A stretch of 64,000 nt of DNA from Candidatus Sulfobium sp. (GCA_037380845.1 JARRRI010000009.1:98783-162782), one strand, 5' to 3'. Positions 1-11,054 are shown, numbered from the stretch's first letter. Notes: a model not told the origin generated them from the letters alone. Made by a program: numbers and translations.

Positions 1-3000
1 GCTGCTCATGGTGCGCTGGGAGTTGCATGAGGCACTGATGGATGAGCCTGAAGAAGTATAGCACGGCTCTGTTACCCCGAAAATCGTCCTCACCTCGTCG
101 TTGTCGTCTTTTTCCGTCGCGGTCTTATAGAAATACCTTCCGGTCCCGAAGTAGAGCCAAAGCTCGCTGTTGCGGTTGTCCTGCAATTTAACGACGGAAG
201 ATGTCACCGGTCCTATGCCGTCTATGACCTTCGATACCGTCCAATCGTCCGGATCCAGATCGTCGTTAGTCACCAGCCTCCAGACGCCGCCATCCGTCCA
301 GGTGTCCGCAGTACACGGATCTCCGCTGACGCATTTCTTTACGTATCCGCCGTAAAGTACGTCATCCTGGTAATCATTGTTGACGTCCATTGTCGCGTTG
401 AGCATCGAACCGGCAAAGGCGTTGGTGATACCCGTATCTATGGTCCTCAACAACTCCCCGGTCTTCAGGTCGAGGACGAACAGCTTCAGGTTCTGGTCGG
501 AGGTTCCGGAAAACTGTCTGTTCGCAATGGGTCCGGTGGGGCCGCTGCCGATAACTGCAAACCACCTGCCGTCCTTGCTCTTGTCGGAATCGTCCTGCCA
601 GTCCGTCTTGCCGTCGCCGTTAGTGTCGCCTGTCTTCGTAGCGATCCGGACAATTGCCGGACCGGTAGTGGAAAACCCGAGGTCCTCGTTCGAAAATTCC
701 CACAGGAGTTTGGGCTTCTTGGATGCATCGTAAAGGTTTTCGGTCACGTCCAGCGCGAAGTAGGCGGAATAGCCGAGGCCCTTAGTGTTATCGGCAGGAT
801 CCAGAATCGGTGTTCCCACGTCGCTTGTAGCCGGGCTCTCGCAGGTCTCCCCGGCGGGACAATCCGAATCCTGCGAGCATTTCTGCGAGGTGGTAACGGA
901 GCATACCTTCGCCTTGCAGGCCCCGCCGTATCTCATACCTCCGATCACAATGGTCCGGAAACTGTCTTTGTCCTTGTCGCATTTCCAGTAATCGGTCTCG
1001 GTGCAGGCGGTGCTGGGTCCTTCTACGCTGGCATCGAATACATAAGGAGTAAGGTCGACGGAATAGACGTGGCAATATTGTTTATCGGCAGTATACTCGA
1101 GGTAAGGAAGCACGTCCTTTGGTATAAAGGCCCATATCTCCTCGCCTTTCTCCGGGCATGTGCCCTTTCCCGTCGCCACACATTCGGCATCTGATGTGCA
1201 TTCCTGGGTGTGGTCCCCTGTACACGTTCTTAGCAGCCTTGCCTTCTCGTAGTTGCCCTGCCCAGTCCATTTCAGTTGAAGGGTACCGAGCCTGAAAGCA
1301 TGCAGCATTCCGTCGTTCGCACCCGCAAAAACCATTCCCCTGTCACTGTAGCCCGGTGACGATGTCGTAAAGTAGGCGTTGTCGACCGTGCCGTAAGCGG
1401 GGGCGTCAAGCGGCCCGTAATCAGTGTCTCCGTATACCAGATTGTAATAGTTCAGCGGCAGCCAGGAGGCAACCCTGGGCGTCGAATTCAACACATCGCC
1501 GAGCTTCCATACGTTCGTCTCCCCGCTGTCCGGCCCCGCGCCTCCGCTTCCGTCTAGATCGATGGAGACGGTACGAGACCTGTAAGGATCGTCCGAGCAG
1601 GTGGTCGGCGAAGTGCAGTCAGCATCCGAGGTACACGGAGTAGTCGTTCCGGTACAGAACCTGTCGTACCCCCTGACCCAGCTGATCAGCTTCGACGCTT
1701 CGTTCGCACTTCCCGCCTGCAGATAAGGCTGCAGGACTGCAGCGTTATCGGTTTTGAAGTACATCAGCCCGGTGCCCTTGCCGTCCTGGTCCAGGCAGGT
1801 GGCAGAGGCGTCTTTCAGGTCGCAGTCGGTGTAAATCGTCCTGTCCGAAGCCGGTGTCTTCCATAGGAGCTTGCCGGCCTCCCACAGCGAATGGATGTTC
1901 TCGATATCGATAGTATCGACATAACTGTCAGGAGATCCGTTACCGTCGGTATCAAGATACCGCTCCTCCTGAACCCTGTTGATAGTGGGGTCAGTATTCA
2001 GAAACAGCCGGGCCACGTAATCCTTCTTCAGATCGAGCACGCCGTCCTGAACGCCAGTCGAGGAGTCGGGGGTGTCCTCCCTTATGTTGCTGTTGGAGAA
2101 GAAGGGGTCGACATAATACCACAGGTTCTGGAGGGACCCGGCCCAGTACATTTCGGTGTGGAAGTCGAACTGGCGCCTGGGATAGAAAAGGGCCTGGATG
2201 AGGTTGGCACCACTGCCCTCGCCGGAAGCCAGCACCGATGCCGCTGTACCGGAGGTGGCCTTGGCCGCGATTTCGAGGAAGGCGTTCTTGAGAGAGGTCC
2301 TGAGAGCGGCCGGATCCTGAGCCAGATAGTATCTTCCGCCCCCGTACCGGGCCGTTTTGCACATCAGGTTGTCCGACTTGCAGTCATCCAGCCCCGACAG
2401 GTCTGTGTCGGAGTAATCCGAGCAGGTCTGCGAATCAAGATTGCCGGTCCCGGTGAAGACGGTATAAGTAGCCACCTTTTGGGAATAATTCTGGGGAGAC
2501 TGGGTAAAATCATGAATGTCCCTGTTTTGGGCAAGCCATGCCATCTGCTGCACGTTCCGGCTTCCCGCGTAGGCCACACACGAGTTCGAGCTGTCAGCGG
2601 TTGTAATCCCGGTTATGGTATCAAAATGTGTCGTAAGATCGCCGGCCGGCAGCTGGCCGCTGTATGTGTCAAAGGCGGTTTTCACCTTGCCGTTGAGGTC
2701 CGCCGTCGACTGCCCGTCAGTTATCAGGAGAACATTGTTCTTTTGGCATAAATTCTGAGAAGGGACCGGGGTCAGGTCGAAGTCTCCTGTATTTATCCGC
2801 ATCGCCGACGCATCCGTCGTGCTGTCCGTCAGTGCATAATAGCCTATAGTGTTATAAAGGCCTTCCGAAAAGGGGGTCCACGCGCCCGCCCACAGATTGT
2901 CGATGGAGTTTATGATGCCTGCAGAGGCATGCCCGCCGTTGGGTGTGATCGGAATTTTTTCACCCTTATCGGGGATGTGGGACGACGGCAATATTTCCGC

Positions 3001-5453
3001 TCCGTCAAAATTGCTTTGATTGGCGCCGCTGCTGGCTGACGGTATACAGGATCCGCCCGGACAATCGTTAGTGGCACCGCCGGGCAGCAAGGTGCAGGGC
3101 CGGCCTTTATACGGGTCATTAGTATTGCTGTCGCAGACATAGGGACATGGTACGAGGGGGTAGCATATACCGCCATTAGAGCAGGCGCTGTCCGCTGTAC
3201 ATGACTGGGCCTTGTCGTTTGAACAGAACGCTGGCCCGTTTCCGGAAACGGTCTTCGCAGCATCATCTCTAACAGCGCACTCTGTGGATGAGCCGTTATA
3301 ATCGAAGCTCATCGCCCCGATCCTGATCACGCCGGCAAAGTCCTGTATAAGTCCCCTAGGCACGCCCGAGACGGCGATGTTGACAGGCAGGGAGTATATG
3401 GGCGCACCGAGTTGAGCACCCACCGCGAGGTCACTGACAACCGCCGGCAGGTTTATATAGCTTCCCGTATTGGAGGTGTCCGTTGTCGGGTCGGTAACCG
3501 GTGGGATGTCGAGCGCCCCGCAATAGGCCCGAAATTTCGCCAGTATGCAGTTCTCAGTGGCAGTATGACCATCACCGGCCGCATATTCACGTCCTACCCA
3601 CTTAGTGGTCGCCCAGTTGTCAGTGCTGGTAGCGCAGTACCCGGCATACGCCGTGCTGCAAAGAAGCACCGGGCTTCCGGACCTTATTGCATCCGGCCCG
3701 CTGATGCATTTGCCCGTCGGGCAGTCGGTGTCTGAGCCGCACTGCAACCCGTCCTTGGCGCCACCGTTGCACACCCTGTACTCGGCATATATCTGGTTGC
3801 AACCCTGGGGGTTGTTCACCATCGTGATCTCATTTTGCCCCACATCAAAGCCTGCAAACTGATACTGATAGCAGGAGTTCATGCTCTGGGCGAACGTGGA
3901 TTTTATCTGGGTCGTCACCGGCAGCAGGCAGTGACCCTTGTTATCGCTGCAATCCCAGTCCGAAGTACAGCGTTTGCCTAAATTGGGGCCGCTGTCGCAA
4001 ATGTTGGCGTTACAGTCGGAGTCGACGGCGCACGCCGTGCCGGCCATCGAAGCAGGTGAAGAGCAGGTGCCTGTGTCGCAGTCGGCGTTCACAACACAGA
4101 TGTTTCCGTTTGCTATACCACTGTTCGTACATCTCTTTATATCGCAGTCGCTGTCCTGGGTGCACAGGACACCGATCCGTCCTGCAGTACAGAGGCTGAT
4201 CTGGCAGTCTTTGTCGTTATGGCAGGGTGCTCCGTCCCTGCCGCCCCCGCTGCATATCTTGTTATTGCCCGTACCTGTACACGTGCCGTTTTCAGCCGAG
4301 CAAGCCCCCGTTGCGGCGACGCCACAGATTCTCCTGTCCCGCACGTGCCGCTCGTGATAATGCATTGCAAGTCCGAGTTGCAGGTGGTGGACTGATCGAA
4401 TTGACAGACCTTTGTGTTCGAGGCACTGTAATTCAGGCACGTGCTAAAGTCATTGATTATCTGCTGCTTGTCAGCGCCGGAATCGGCAGAATAATCGTCT
4501 ATCGCGGGCTGGCACTTGTCGGCATCGTAATCCCCGTAAAAGATGTCGAGCCAGGTCTGGCCGCCGGTCGATACCGCCGTTGGATTGGCCAGGTCCACCG
4601 GCCCCCTCACACCGAAGGTGATCCCCAGAGATGTGTTGGGATCAGTGTCCGTCGAGTTGTAATTCTGAAAATCTGCATTAATGGCCTCCTTGACGAACTT
4701 CCTGCCCACGCAACCCCTCGTCTCCGCCTTCAGATAGGGCGGGTCAACCGCGTTACAGGTCTCTCCCGAGGGGCAGCCGGCATTGTCAATACAAGCGGTA
4801 TCTGAGAGGGAACAGAGCTTGGTGATATATTTCCCCCCGGTCAGAATCCATTTCTCCTCGTCGAACTTCGAGGCCGTAAGCCAGTTCAGGTAATTGCCGC
4901 TGGCAATAAATTTGGTCACTGTGCGGGGGGGTGTATCGGTGATATCAACACACAGCGCCCCGGCTAAGAATTTTGTAGCCGTATGGCTCCCGCAGCCCGC
5001 CTTGTCCGTCGGAAAAGCCGATACGGGGTTGAAATATTCATTGGTCAAGTCGTACTCGTAATATTGTGTTTGGGGTGGTGCCGAATATGGAACGGTGACG
5101 TTGAAGTATCCGTAATAATTATTACTTTTGCTATAGGTCTCGTCGTAGCAGTAGGTGGCGGCCCTTGTCTCATTGCTGCACGTCCCGCCGGAGGCGCAGT
5201 CTGCATCAGAGGTGCACGTAGCGGTGGAATCGTTCGAACACACGGTCCTTCCCAGGTCGACATACTGCGGGTCATACATACTCGCGGAGTTGTCTATCAT
5301 CAATATGAGGTTCGGGTCCGTCACGCCGATAAACGGCGGCACCTGGCAGTAGTCCTTATTTTCCGCCGCCGCAGCATGTCCGGTCCTTGGGGCCATAAGG
5401 CCGCAAAGGATAAAAAGAACGGCAAACTTCAGCAGGATTGTCTTTTTCTTCAT
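1..5453 (-). CDS. pilY1: Giant PilY1-like type IV pilus adhesin (vWA-like + beta-propeller, many Cys-rich modules); one frameshift near 4340; runs off window start
   Basis: Signal peptide MKKKTILLKFAVLFILCGL; YCQVPPF..PNLILMIDNSASM; after a frame change near 4340 I read an open frame to base 1 with CQKNNVLLITDG, ATSGTAASVLASGEGSGANLIQALFYP, WKLGDVLNSTP, VFAGANDGMLHAF, GEEIWAFIP, LWLYFGTGRYF, all typical PilY1 motifs. Confidence 0.9.
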
Positions 5454-5479
5454 TTTATAAAACCTCGCCCTCGATTCGA

Positions 5480-5495
5480 AGCAAATAGTGTTCCA
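5480..5495 (-). promoter_or_regulatory. sigma54 (-24/-12) promoter of pilY1
   Basis: TGGAACACTATTTGCT, GG-N10-GC, 27 nt upstream of ATG 5453. Confidence 0.7.
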
Positions 5496-5522
5496 CTTAA
5501 ACGGGGATGAAGGCAATTGCCA

Positions 5523-5618
5523 TAAGTGCTTTATTATGAATGAGTTACAACCATGTCCGCTCCGCTTCAGTCTCGGAATTGTGTAATCCGCTTCCCAACT
5601 ATGTAATCAGCTACACAA
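5523..5618. promoter_or_regulatory. IHF-like site and tandem activator (bEBP) sites upstream of the pilY1 sigma54 promoter
   Basis: TATGAATGAGTTA (5535-5547, 1 mismatch to WATCAANNNNTTR); repeats TGTAATCCGCTTCCCAA (5582-5598) and TGTAATCAGCTACACAA (5602-5618) with 20-bp period. Confidence 0.55.
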
Positions 5619-5712
5619 TCGCACGTCCTCTTTTTCGTTCTTTTCACTATGGATTATGAGAGGCACCGACGTCCTTGACCGGGAGCACCTGCAGGCTGTA
5701 GAATCCTTCTGA

Positions 5713-5910
5713 ATGGCAGCCAACAAAAAGACAAAGTCCTTCTGATCGGATGGGATGCGGCAGACAGGAAGATCATTCACCGGCTGGTCGACGAAGGCAG
5801 GATGCCTAACGTGGCGAGGTTTGTCGAGGAAGGTGTGATCGGCAACCTGGATCTGCCTGCCGGCAGACGGGCGGACGAGGCCGGAATTACGGGCAAACGA
5901 CCAAAAGGCC
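5713..5910 (+). pseudogene. N-terminal remnant of alkaline-phosphatase-superfamily (type I phosphodiesterase) gene
   Basis: Reads KVLLIGWDAADRKIIHRLVDEGRMPNVARFVEEGVIGNL..ITGKRP; out of frame with ATG 5713; similarity ends at the convergent gene. Confidence 0.7.
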
Positions 5911-5911
5911 T

Positions 5912-7642
5912 TTACCCGCCTGCCGCCTGCCCGGCGCCGCTTGCGACCTCATAAACACCGATCTCCGGTGTCCTGGAGACATTTTTAAGCTCATGTCTCC
6001 AGGGCTGCTCGAAGGCCCCGTATTTCCTCTTCTCGCTTTCACCCCAGTAAATGTAAGTTATTCCAATATCCCTTGCCAGAGAACGCCAGTCGGCTTCACC
6101 CCTGAATATGCGGTCAAGCTTCCACTCCCTTTCGGCGTAGTCTATCCCGTGGGACCAGAGATGTCCGGGGTATCCCATAGCCACCTCCGCCCCCCAGAAC
6201 GCAGCCGGATGGTTGGGCTCTGGTGCTGTGGCCAGGACCGCGTCAGGCGGCACGTCCTTCAGGGCCGCCTCCGCTTCCCACGTCTCCGATACCTTATAGA
6301 GCCTTACCCCGTTGGCGTTTCCAGGCCATGATGAGATAACCGAAACTACTCCCGGGAAGAACACGAGGCAGCCAATGAGCAGCGCCACAGCAGGAGCCAA
6401 CCTGGATATCGAAGTCCTCCAGATGAGCCAGGCGATCATCAGATAAAGCCAGAACAGCACCTTTATGTTGTCCCAATCCCACGGGGCAACCATGACCCAC
6501 GTAAAGACGAAGAAGAGTAAAAAGAAGACCGCCGCCATGGGGCGGTAGCGGGCAAATGCCTTTTTACGAAGTGAAAACAGGGCCCATCCCGCCAGCAGAA
6601 GCCAGGGACCCAGATTGACCAGCCAGAACGTGAAGAAGTTCGCACCGTTGGCCACCCAGTCCCATTTCAGGTGCAGGGCACCCGGCCTCGACAGGCCCGT
6701 TACAGAAAAGACTGAAAAAGCGAGACCCACAACCGCCGCCGGGACGACCATGCCGAGCATCCGGCCGGGTTTCCTGTAGAGGAGTATGCATGTGCCGAGG
6801 GTGAGGGAAATGATGAAGAAGGCATGGAGGTTGAACCATGCAAGCGCCGGCCAGAGAGAAGCACACACGATTTTTTCTTCTCTGCTCAGGGTCCTTTCGT
6901 CGAGAAGGACGTCTGTCACTGTCTTTATTACATAGATTCCCGCGGGCAAGGCGAAAAGATATCCCCGCTGGGGAACCCAGAGCGAGAGGAAGAAGTTTTT
7001 CCAGGCTACAGTGTTCTGAAGGTCCATCAGCCGGCCGGTACCGAGTACCTTCCAGTTCTCTAGACCACCGTTCAGAAAGAAGGCCCCCACCCCCCACCAT
7101 CCCATCCATCTGTGGAGGAGGGAAACCGTGACCAAGGTCATGACCAGGCCGGCCAGAAAAAGATGGCTTGCCAGAGGCACGCCCAGCGTCTCCCAGAGGG
7201 CGTTATAGAGGTCCATCCCTATCGGATATCTCATAACCGTGCCGGCATAACTCGCATCGCCGGGCCAGAAGCGGGCCCCGCTCGCAATATGGCGGATATA
7301 CTGGATATGAAGGGAGAGGTCGCCAAAGTTATTCAAATCAAGGGTGTAAAGCCCGTTTTGATTGTAGTAGAGCAGATATAGGAAATGTTCAAGTCCCGCA
7401 AGTGTTATGAACAGGAAGAACAGCCCGGTAACAAAACCGATATTGTTGAATAGTCTCCTCTCACCGGGCAGACGGCGCCAGACGAGCCCCGCCGCCGTTG
7501 TCCCTGCGGCCAGGCTTGCGACCGCCACAACGGCATCGACCCGCCCCATGGACAGGCCGAGGACCATCGCCGTCAGTGTCGATACGACCAAGTGCATCAG
7601 GATCGCAGCAGCCACCTTACAGCACCTTCCCTTCCGGAGCAT
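5912..7642 (-). CDS. Polytopic membrane protein, probable GT-C fold glycosyltransferase
   Basis: 576 aa, many TM segments, NNFGDLSLH loop, YPIG, WDWDNIK, C-terminal GYPGHLWSHGIDY domain. Confidence 0.65.
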   Translation of the reverse strand: MLRKGRCCKVAAAILMHLVVSTLTAMVLGLSMGRVDAVVAVASLAAGTTAAGLVWRRLPGERRLFNNIGFVTGLFFLFITLAGLEHFLYLLYYNQNGLYTLDLNNFGDLSLHIQYIRHIASGARFWPGDASYAGTVMRYPIGMDLYNALWETLGVPLASHLFLAGLVMTLVTVSLLHRWMGWWGVGAFFLNGGLENWKVLGTGRLMDLQNTVAWKNFFLSLWVPQRGYLFALPAGIYVIKTVTDVLLDERTLSREEKIVCASLWPALAWFNLHAFFIISLTLGTCILLYRKPGRMLGMVVPAAVVGLAFSVFSVTGLSRPGALHLKWDWVANGANFFTFWLVNLGPWLLLAGWALFSLRKKAFARYRPMAAVFFLLFFVFTWVMVAPWDWDNIKVLFWLYLMIAWLIWRTSISRLAPAVALLIGCLVFFPGVVSVISSWPGNANGVRLYKVSETWEAEAALKDVPPDAVLATAPEPNHPAAFWGAEVAMGYPGHLWSHGIDYAEREWKLDRIFRGEADWRSLARDIGITYIYWGESEKRKYGAFEQPWRHELKNVSRTPEIGVYEVASGAGQAAGG

Positions 7643-9155
7643 TAACCGGACCGAAACCCGGAAGTTCCAGCCCTTCGAAGGTCGATTCCTTCAGGTACAC
7701 ATAAATGGGCTCGCGGGCATCGCGTAATTCGATCCTGCGCCTGACATAGAGGCGCCCGAGGCCTTCTTCATTCACATCTGTCTCTCCAAAAATGATGTCG
7801 GCATCCTGACCTCCGGGTGTCTTGTAATCGCCGTATTCGACGTTGGGAAAGCGCGAAAAGAGCCACGGCAGGGGCCATGAGTCTTTCAGCTTGATGAGTA
7901 TCTTCATGTTGTGATACTCAGGGGAGACCTTAATCTTTTGCCGTATGATATCCTGTACGTCTCTGATATCGTTTTTTGTCTGAACATAAACATAGGGCTC
8001 GGCCGGGTCCGTATAGCGGATAAAATTCAGCCTGTAACTCACAACGGCCGACCTGGCCAGGATTATAACAACAATTCCGGCGGCTACCCGGTAAAGGACG
8101 TCTCTCTTCCCACCGGACCTGTCAACCAGGTCTTCCGTCCACAGCCCGGCGACAAAAAAGAAAGGCCAGATCAGGCTGATGATACACCACGGAGTCTTGT
8201 AGGGAATAAAGGAATATATCAGGAAGTTGACGAGGGCCAGTACCGAAAAGAACCTCATCTTCCATGAACGGCCGAAAACTCCGGCGCAGGCACCTGCGAG
8301 TCCGGCGAGTGCGGGCCATTCATACCTGCCCAGCAGCTGCAGCCAGTAATAGAAGGGCTTGTCGTGGCCGGATGCGCCTATCCCGGTCTTGAGCCAGGGC
8401 ATAATGGCGACAAAAAAGTCGGAGGCCCCTTTCCAGTTATGAAAGAATCCGGTATAGAGGGCGAGCCAGGCAAGGAACGCCACAGACCCCGCCTTAAGGA
8501 GGAACGGTGCTCCAAGCCCCTCACTTTTCTCCCGGTGCGGCCTCCCGGCATCTCCCTTCCCCTTTGTCTGCTTCAGTATGGCGGGTGACAACTCCACCCA
8601 GGCCCATGCGGCCAGGAAGGCGACGCAGAGGATAACGAACGTCTCCTTGAGCAGAAGACAGCCCGTGAGACCGGCCAGGAACCTGATAACGGCTCGCCGC
8701 TCCGCCTTCTCTCTCAACTCTATAAACCCCAGCATCCACAGAACCTGAAAAAAGACATATATCGGCTCGTGAATCGCCGAGCGTCCGAAAAATATTACCC
8801 CCGGGCTCAGGGCCATGGCCAGCGCAGCCGCGTGACTGCCGTAACGTCCGAGGACGGTGGAACTGCGCATGGCAAGCCACACGGTTAAAAATGAAAAAAG
8901 GGCTGTTACGAACCGGAAGGAACCGACCCCGAACCCGAAGATCTTCTCCGATATCTGGAAGAGATAAAAAAGCAGGGGACCGTGATAATTACCCGGGTCA
9001 TAGGTAAAAAAACCGTTCGTCCATATCTGATTAACAAAATAACCGTTGATGCCTTCGTCGAAATGGGGGGGCTTCAGAGACAACGCGGAAAAGAGAAAAA
9101 GTCCGGCCGCCGCAAGGACCGAATAGCGCAGAATTCTGCCTTCAGCAGCGGTCAT
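7617..9155 (-). CDS. TIGR03663/Agl23-like GT-C (PMT-type) membrane glycosyltransferase
   Basis: PPHFDEGIN, YDPGNYHGPLLFY, GHDKPFYY, YSFIPYKTPW, EPYVYVQT, WPLPW motifs. Confidence 0.75.
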   Translation of the reverse strand: MTAAEGRILRYSVLAAAGLFLFSALSLKPPHFDEGINGYFVNQIWTNGFFTYDPGNYHGPLLFYLFQISEKIFGFGVGSFRFVTALFSFLTVWLAMRSSTVLGRYGSHAAALAMALSPGVIFFGRSAIHEPIYVFFQVLWMLGFIELREKAERRAVIRFLAGLTGCLLLKETFVILCVAFLAAWAWVELSPAILKQTKGKGDAGRPHREKSEGLGAPFLLKAGSVAFLAWLALYTGFFHNWKGASDFFVAIMPWLKTGIGASGHDKPFYYWLQLLGRYEWPALAGLAGACAGVFGRSWKMRFFSVLALVNFLIYSFIPYKTPWCIISLIWPFFFVAGLWTEDLVDRSGGKRDVLYRVAAGIVVIILARSAVVSYRLNFIRYTDPAEPYVYVQTKNDIRDVQDIIRQKIKVSPEYHNMKILIKLKDSWPLPWLFSRFPNVEYGDYKTPGGQDADIIFGETDVNEEGLGRLYVRRRIELRDAREPIYVYLKESTFEGLELPGFGPVNAPEGKVL

Positions 9156-9198
9156 CGATCAAAACAGGGCCGAACAAAGAGCCTGCGGCGGGAAGGGG

Positions 9199-9651
9199 TC
9201 AAAGCCAATGGGGAAGACCTTCTGTCCTGACCACCAGCCACTTCATCCTCTCCTTATCGAGGGTGAATCTGATGTGGAGAGGTCTCGCTCCATCGGCGAG
9301 GATATAGCCGGTATCGGGACCGCGTGTCGCCGCTACCCTAACGTCAACTTCGGCTGTCGCGCTTTCGTCCCTGACGTTTATTTTCTTTATATCGTACTCG
9401 ACGCTGACGTCCTTCACCTCGCCGAAGGCCTTTTCCATCAGCTTCCTGAGATATAGATAGGACAGACCGTTGTCGTCGGTGTAATTGAAGGAGACCCTGG
9501 ACATCACGTCGTCAACCTTCCGCTCTTCTATCGCATGCGCCCCCTCGCTGAAGAGTTTCCTGATCCGGGCCTCGTCGGAAGGCCACAGGAAATGGACCAT
9601 TACTGGAGCCAGGAAAAGGAGCGTAAGGAGCGCGATCGATTTTTTGCTCAC
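9199..9651 (-). CDS. Membrane-anchored NTF2/SnoaL-like protein
   Basis: GTG start overlapping bioA stop (GTGA); N-terminal TM then SDEARIRKLF..W.V NTF2-like pattern. Confidence 0.6.
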   Translation of the reverse strand: MSKKSIALLTLLFLAPVMVHFLWPSDEARIRKLFSEGAHAIEERKVDDVMSRVSFNYTDDNGLSYLYLRKLMEKAFGEVKDVSVEYDIKKINVRDESATAEVDVRVAATRGPDTGYILADGARPLHIRFTLDKERMKWLVVRTEGLPHWL

Positions 9652-11054
9652 GTTACCGCCTTTATCGACTCCCCGATCACATCGAGCATCCTCCGGAGGT
9701 CCTGTTCGCTTATATTGAGCGGGGGCATTATCACCACCACATTCCCTAGAGGCCTTATAAATACGCCTTTTCCCCGCGCATGCATTGAAACCCGCCAGCC
9801 CATCTTTTCCTCCCATGGATAAGGCTCCTTCGTGGGCCGGTCCTTCACAAGCTCTACTCCAGCCATAAACCCCCTGTTCCTGGCTTCGCCCACATGCTTC
9901 AGGCGCGAGATCTCCCGGAGTCCCCGTTCTAGAAGTTTGATTCTGCTCTGGAGCCTCTTCAGGGTGCCCTCCTTTTCGAAAATATCGAGGCAGGCCAGTG
10001 CGGCGGCGCACCCCAGGGGATTGCCGGTATAGGAATGGCCGTGGAAAAAAGTTTTCAGGTCCCTGAAATCACCCAGAAAGGCGTCATACACCTCGCCGGT
10101 AGTGACTGTAACCGCCAGAGGGAGATAACCCCCCGTGATGCCCTTCGAGAGACAGAGCATGTCGGGCACAACCGACTCGTGCTCACACGCGAACATCAGC
10201 CCCGTCCTTCCGAAACCGGTCGCAACCTCGTCGGCGATGAGGAGCACATTATATCTGGTGCACAGATCGCGTACACCCCGAAGGTAGCCCGGGGGTGAAA
10301 CTATCATACCTCCCACTGCCTGGACAACAGGCTCGATTATTACGGCCGCGATTTCATCACCATGTCCCGCCAGGATACCTTCCATCTTCTTCAGACAAAA
10401 AATGTCGCAGCCGGGAAATTCACCTCCCAGTTCGCAACGGTAGCAGTATGGCGAAGGCGCCTTGAACGTCTTGAAAAGGAGAGGCCCGAACACCTCATGG
10501 AATATATCCACCCCTCCTACGCTTACCGCCCCGATAGTGTCGCCGTGATAGGCATTGTTTAGCGAAAGAAAACTGTTTTTCCCAGTGACGCCCTTATGCA
10601 GCCAGTACTGAAACGCCATCTTGAGCGCCACCTCGACAGCCGTAGACCCGTTATCGGAATAGAACACCCTTGAAAGGACGGGACCCTGCGCCTGCCCGGA
10701 AGATGGCAGCCACGAAGGGCTGCCCGTACGCCCGAACGACCGGCCAATGACCCCCATCAGTCTTTCAGCCAGTTTTATTGCCGGCACGTTGCTGAGGCCG
10801 AGCATTGTGCAGTGGCTTATTTGCTCAACCTGCTCCCTTATTGCGTCATCGATCTCTTTCTTCCTGTGACCGTGGATATTTACCCACAGCGAGGAGACGC
10901 CGTCCAGGTATCTGTTGCCCTCGATATCCTCGATGCAGGAGTCTGAGCCGCGGGCGACAATGACGGTCTTCTCTCTCTCCCAGTCCTTCATCTGGGTGAA
11001 AGGATGCCAGATGTACCTCTTGTCCAGTTCCTCGAGCCGACTTTGTTCTTCCAT
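9648..11054 (-). CDS. bioA: Adenosylmethionine-8-amino-7-oxononanoate aminotransferase
   Basis: IWHPFTQM, YSDNGSTAVEVALKMA, IADEVATGFGRTG, SKGITGGYLP, FFHGHSYTGNPL. Confidence 0.95.
   Translation of the reverse strand: MEEQSRLEELDKRYIWHPFTQMKDWEREKTVIVARGSDSCIEDIEGNRYLDGVSSLWVNIHGHRKKEIDDAIREQVEQISHCTMLGLSNVPAIKLAERLMGVIGRSFGRTGSPSWLPSSGQAQGPVLSRVFYSDNGSTAVEVALKMAFQYWLHKGVTGKNSFLSLNNAYHGDTIGAVSVGGVDIFHEVFGPLLFKTFKAPSPYCYRCELGGEFPGCDIFCLKKMEGILAGHGDEIAAVIIEPVVQAVGGMIVSPPGYLRGVRDLCTRYNVLLIADEVATGFGRTGLMFACEHESVVPDMLCLSKGITGGYLPLAVTVTTGEVYDAFLGDFRDLKTFFHGHSYTGNPLGCAAALACLDIFEKEGTLKRLQSRIKLLERGLREISRLKHVGEARNRGFMAGVELVKDRPTKEPYPWEEKMGWRVSMHARGKGVFIRPLGNVVVIMPPLNISEQDLRRMLDVIGESIKAVT

Noticed and set aside
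170..5510. Plus-strand ORFs over pilY1 (e.g. 1891-2751, 3938-4357)
   Set aside because: Antisense shadows of the long minus-strand PilY1 frame
4137..5516. 459-aa ORF as a complete protein
   Set aside because: Its last ~65 aa are off-frame, and the TTG start lies upstream of the sigma54 promoter; ATG 5453 fits better
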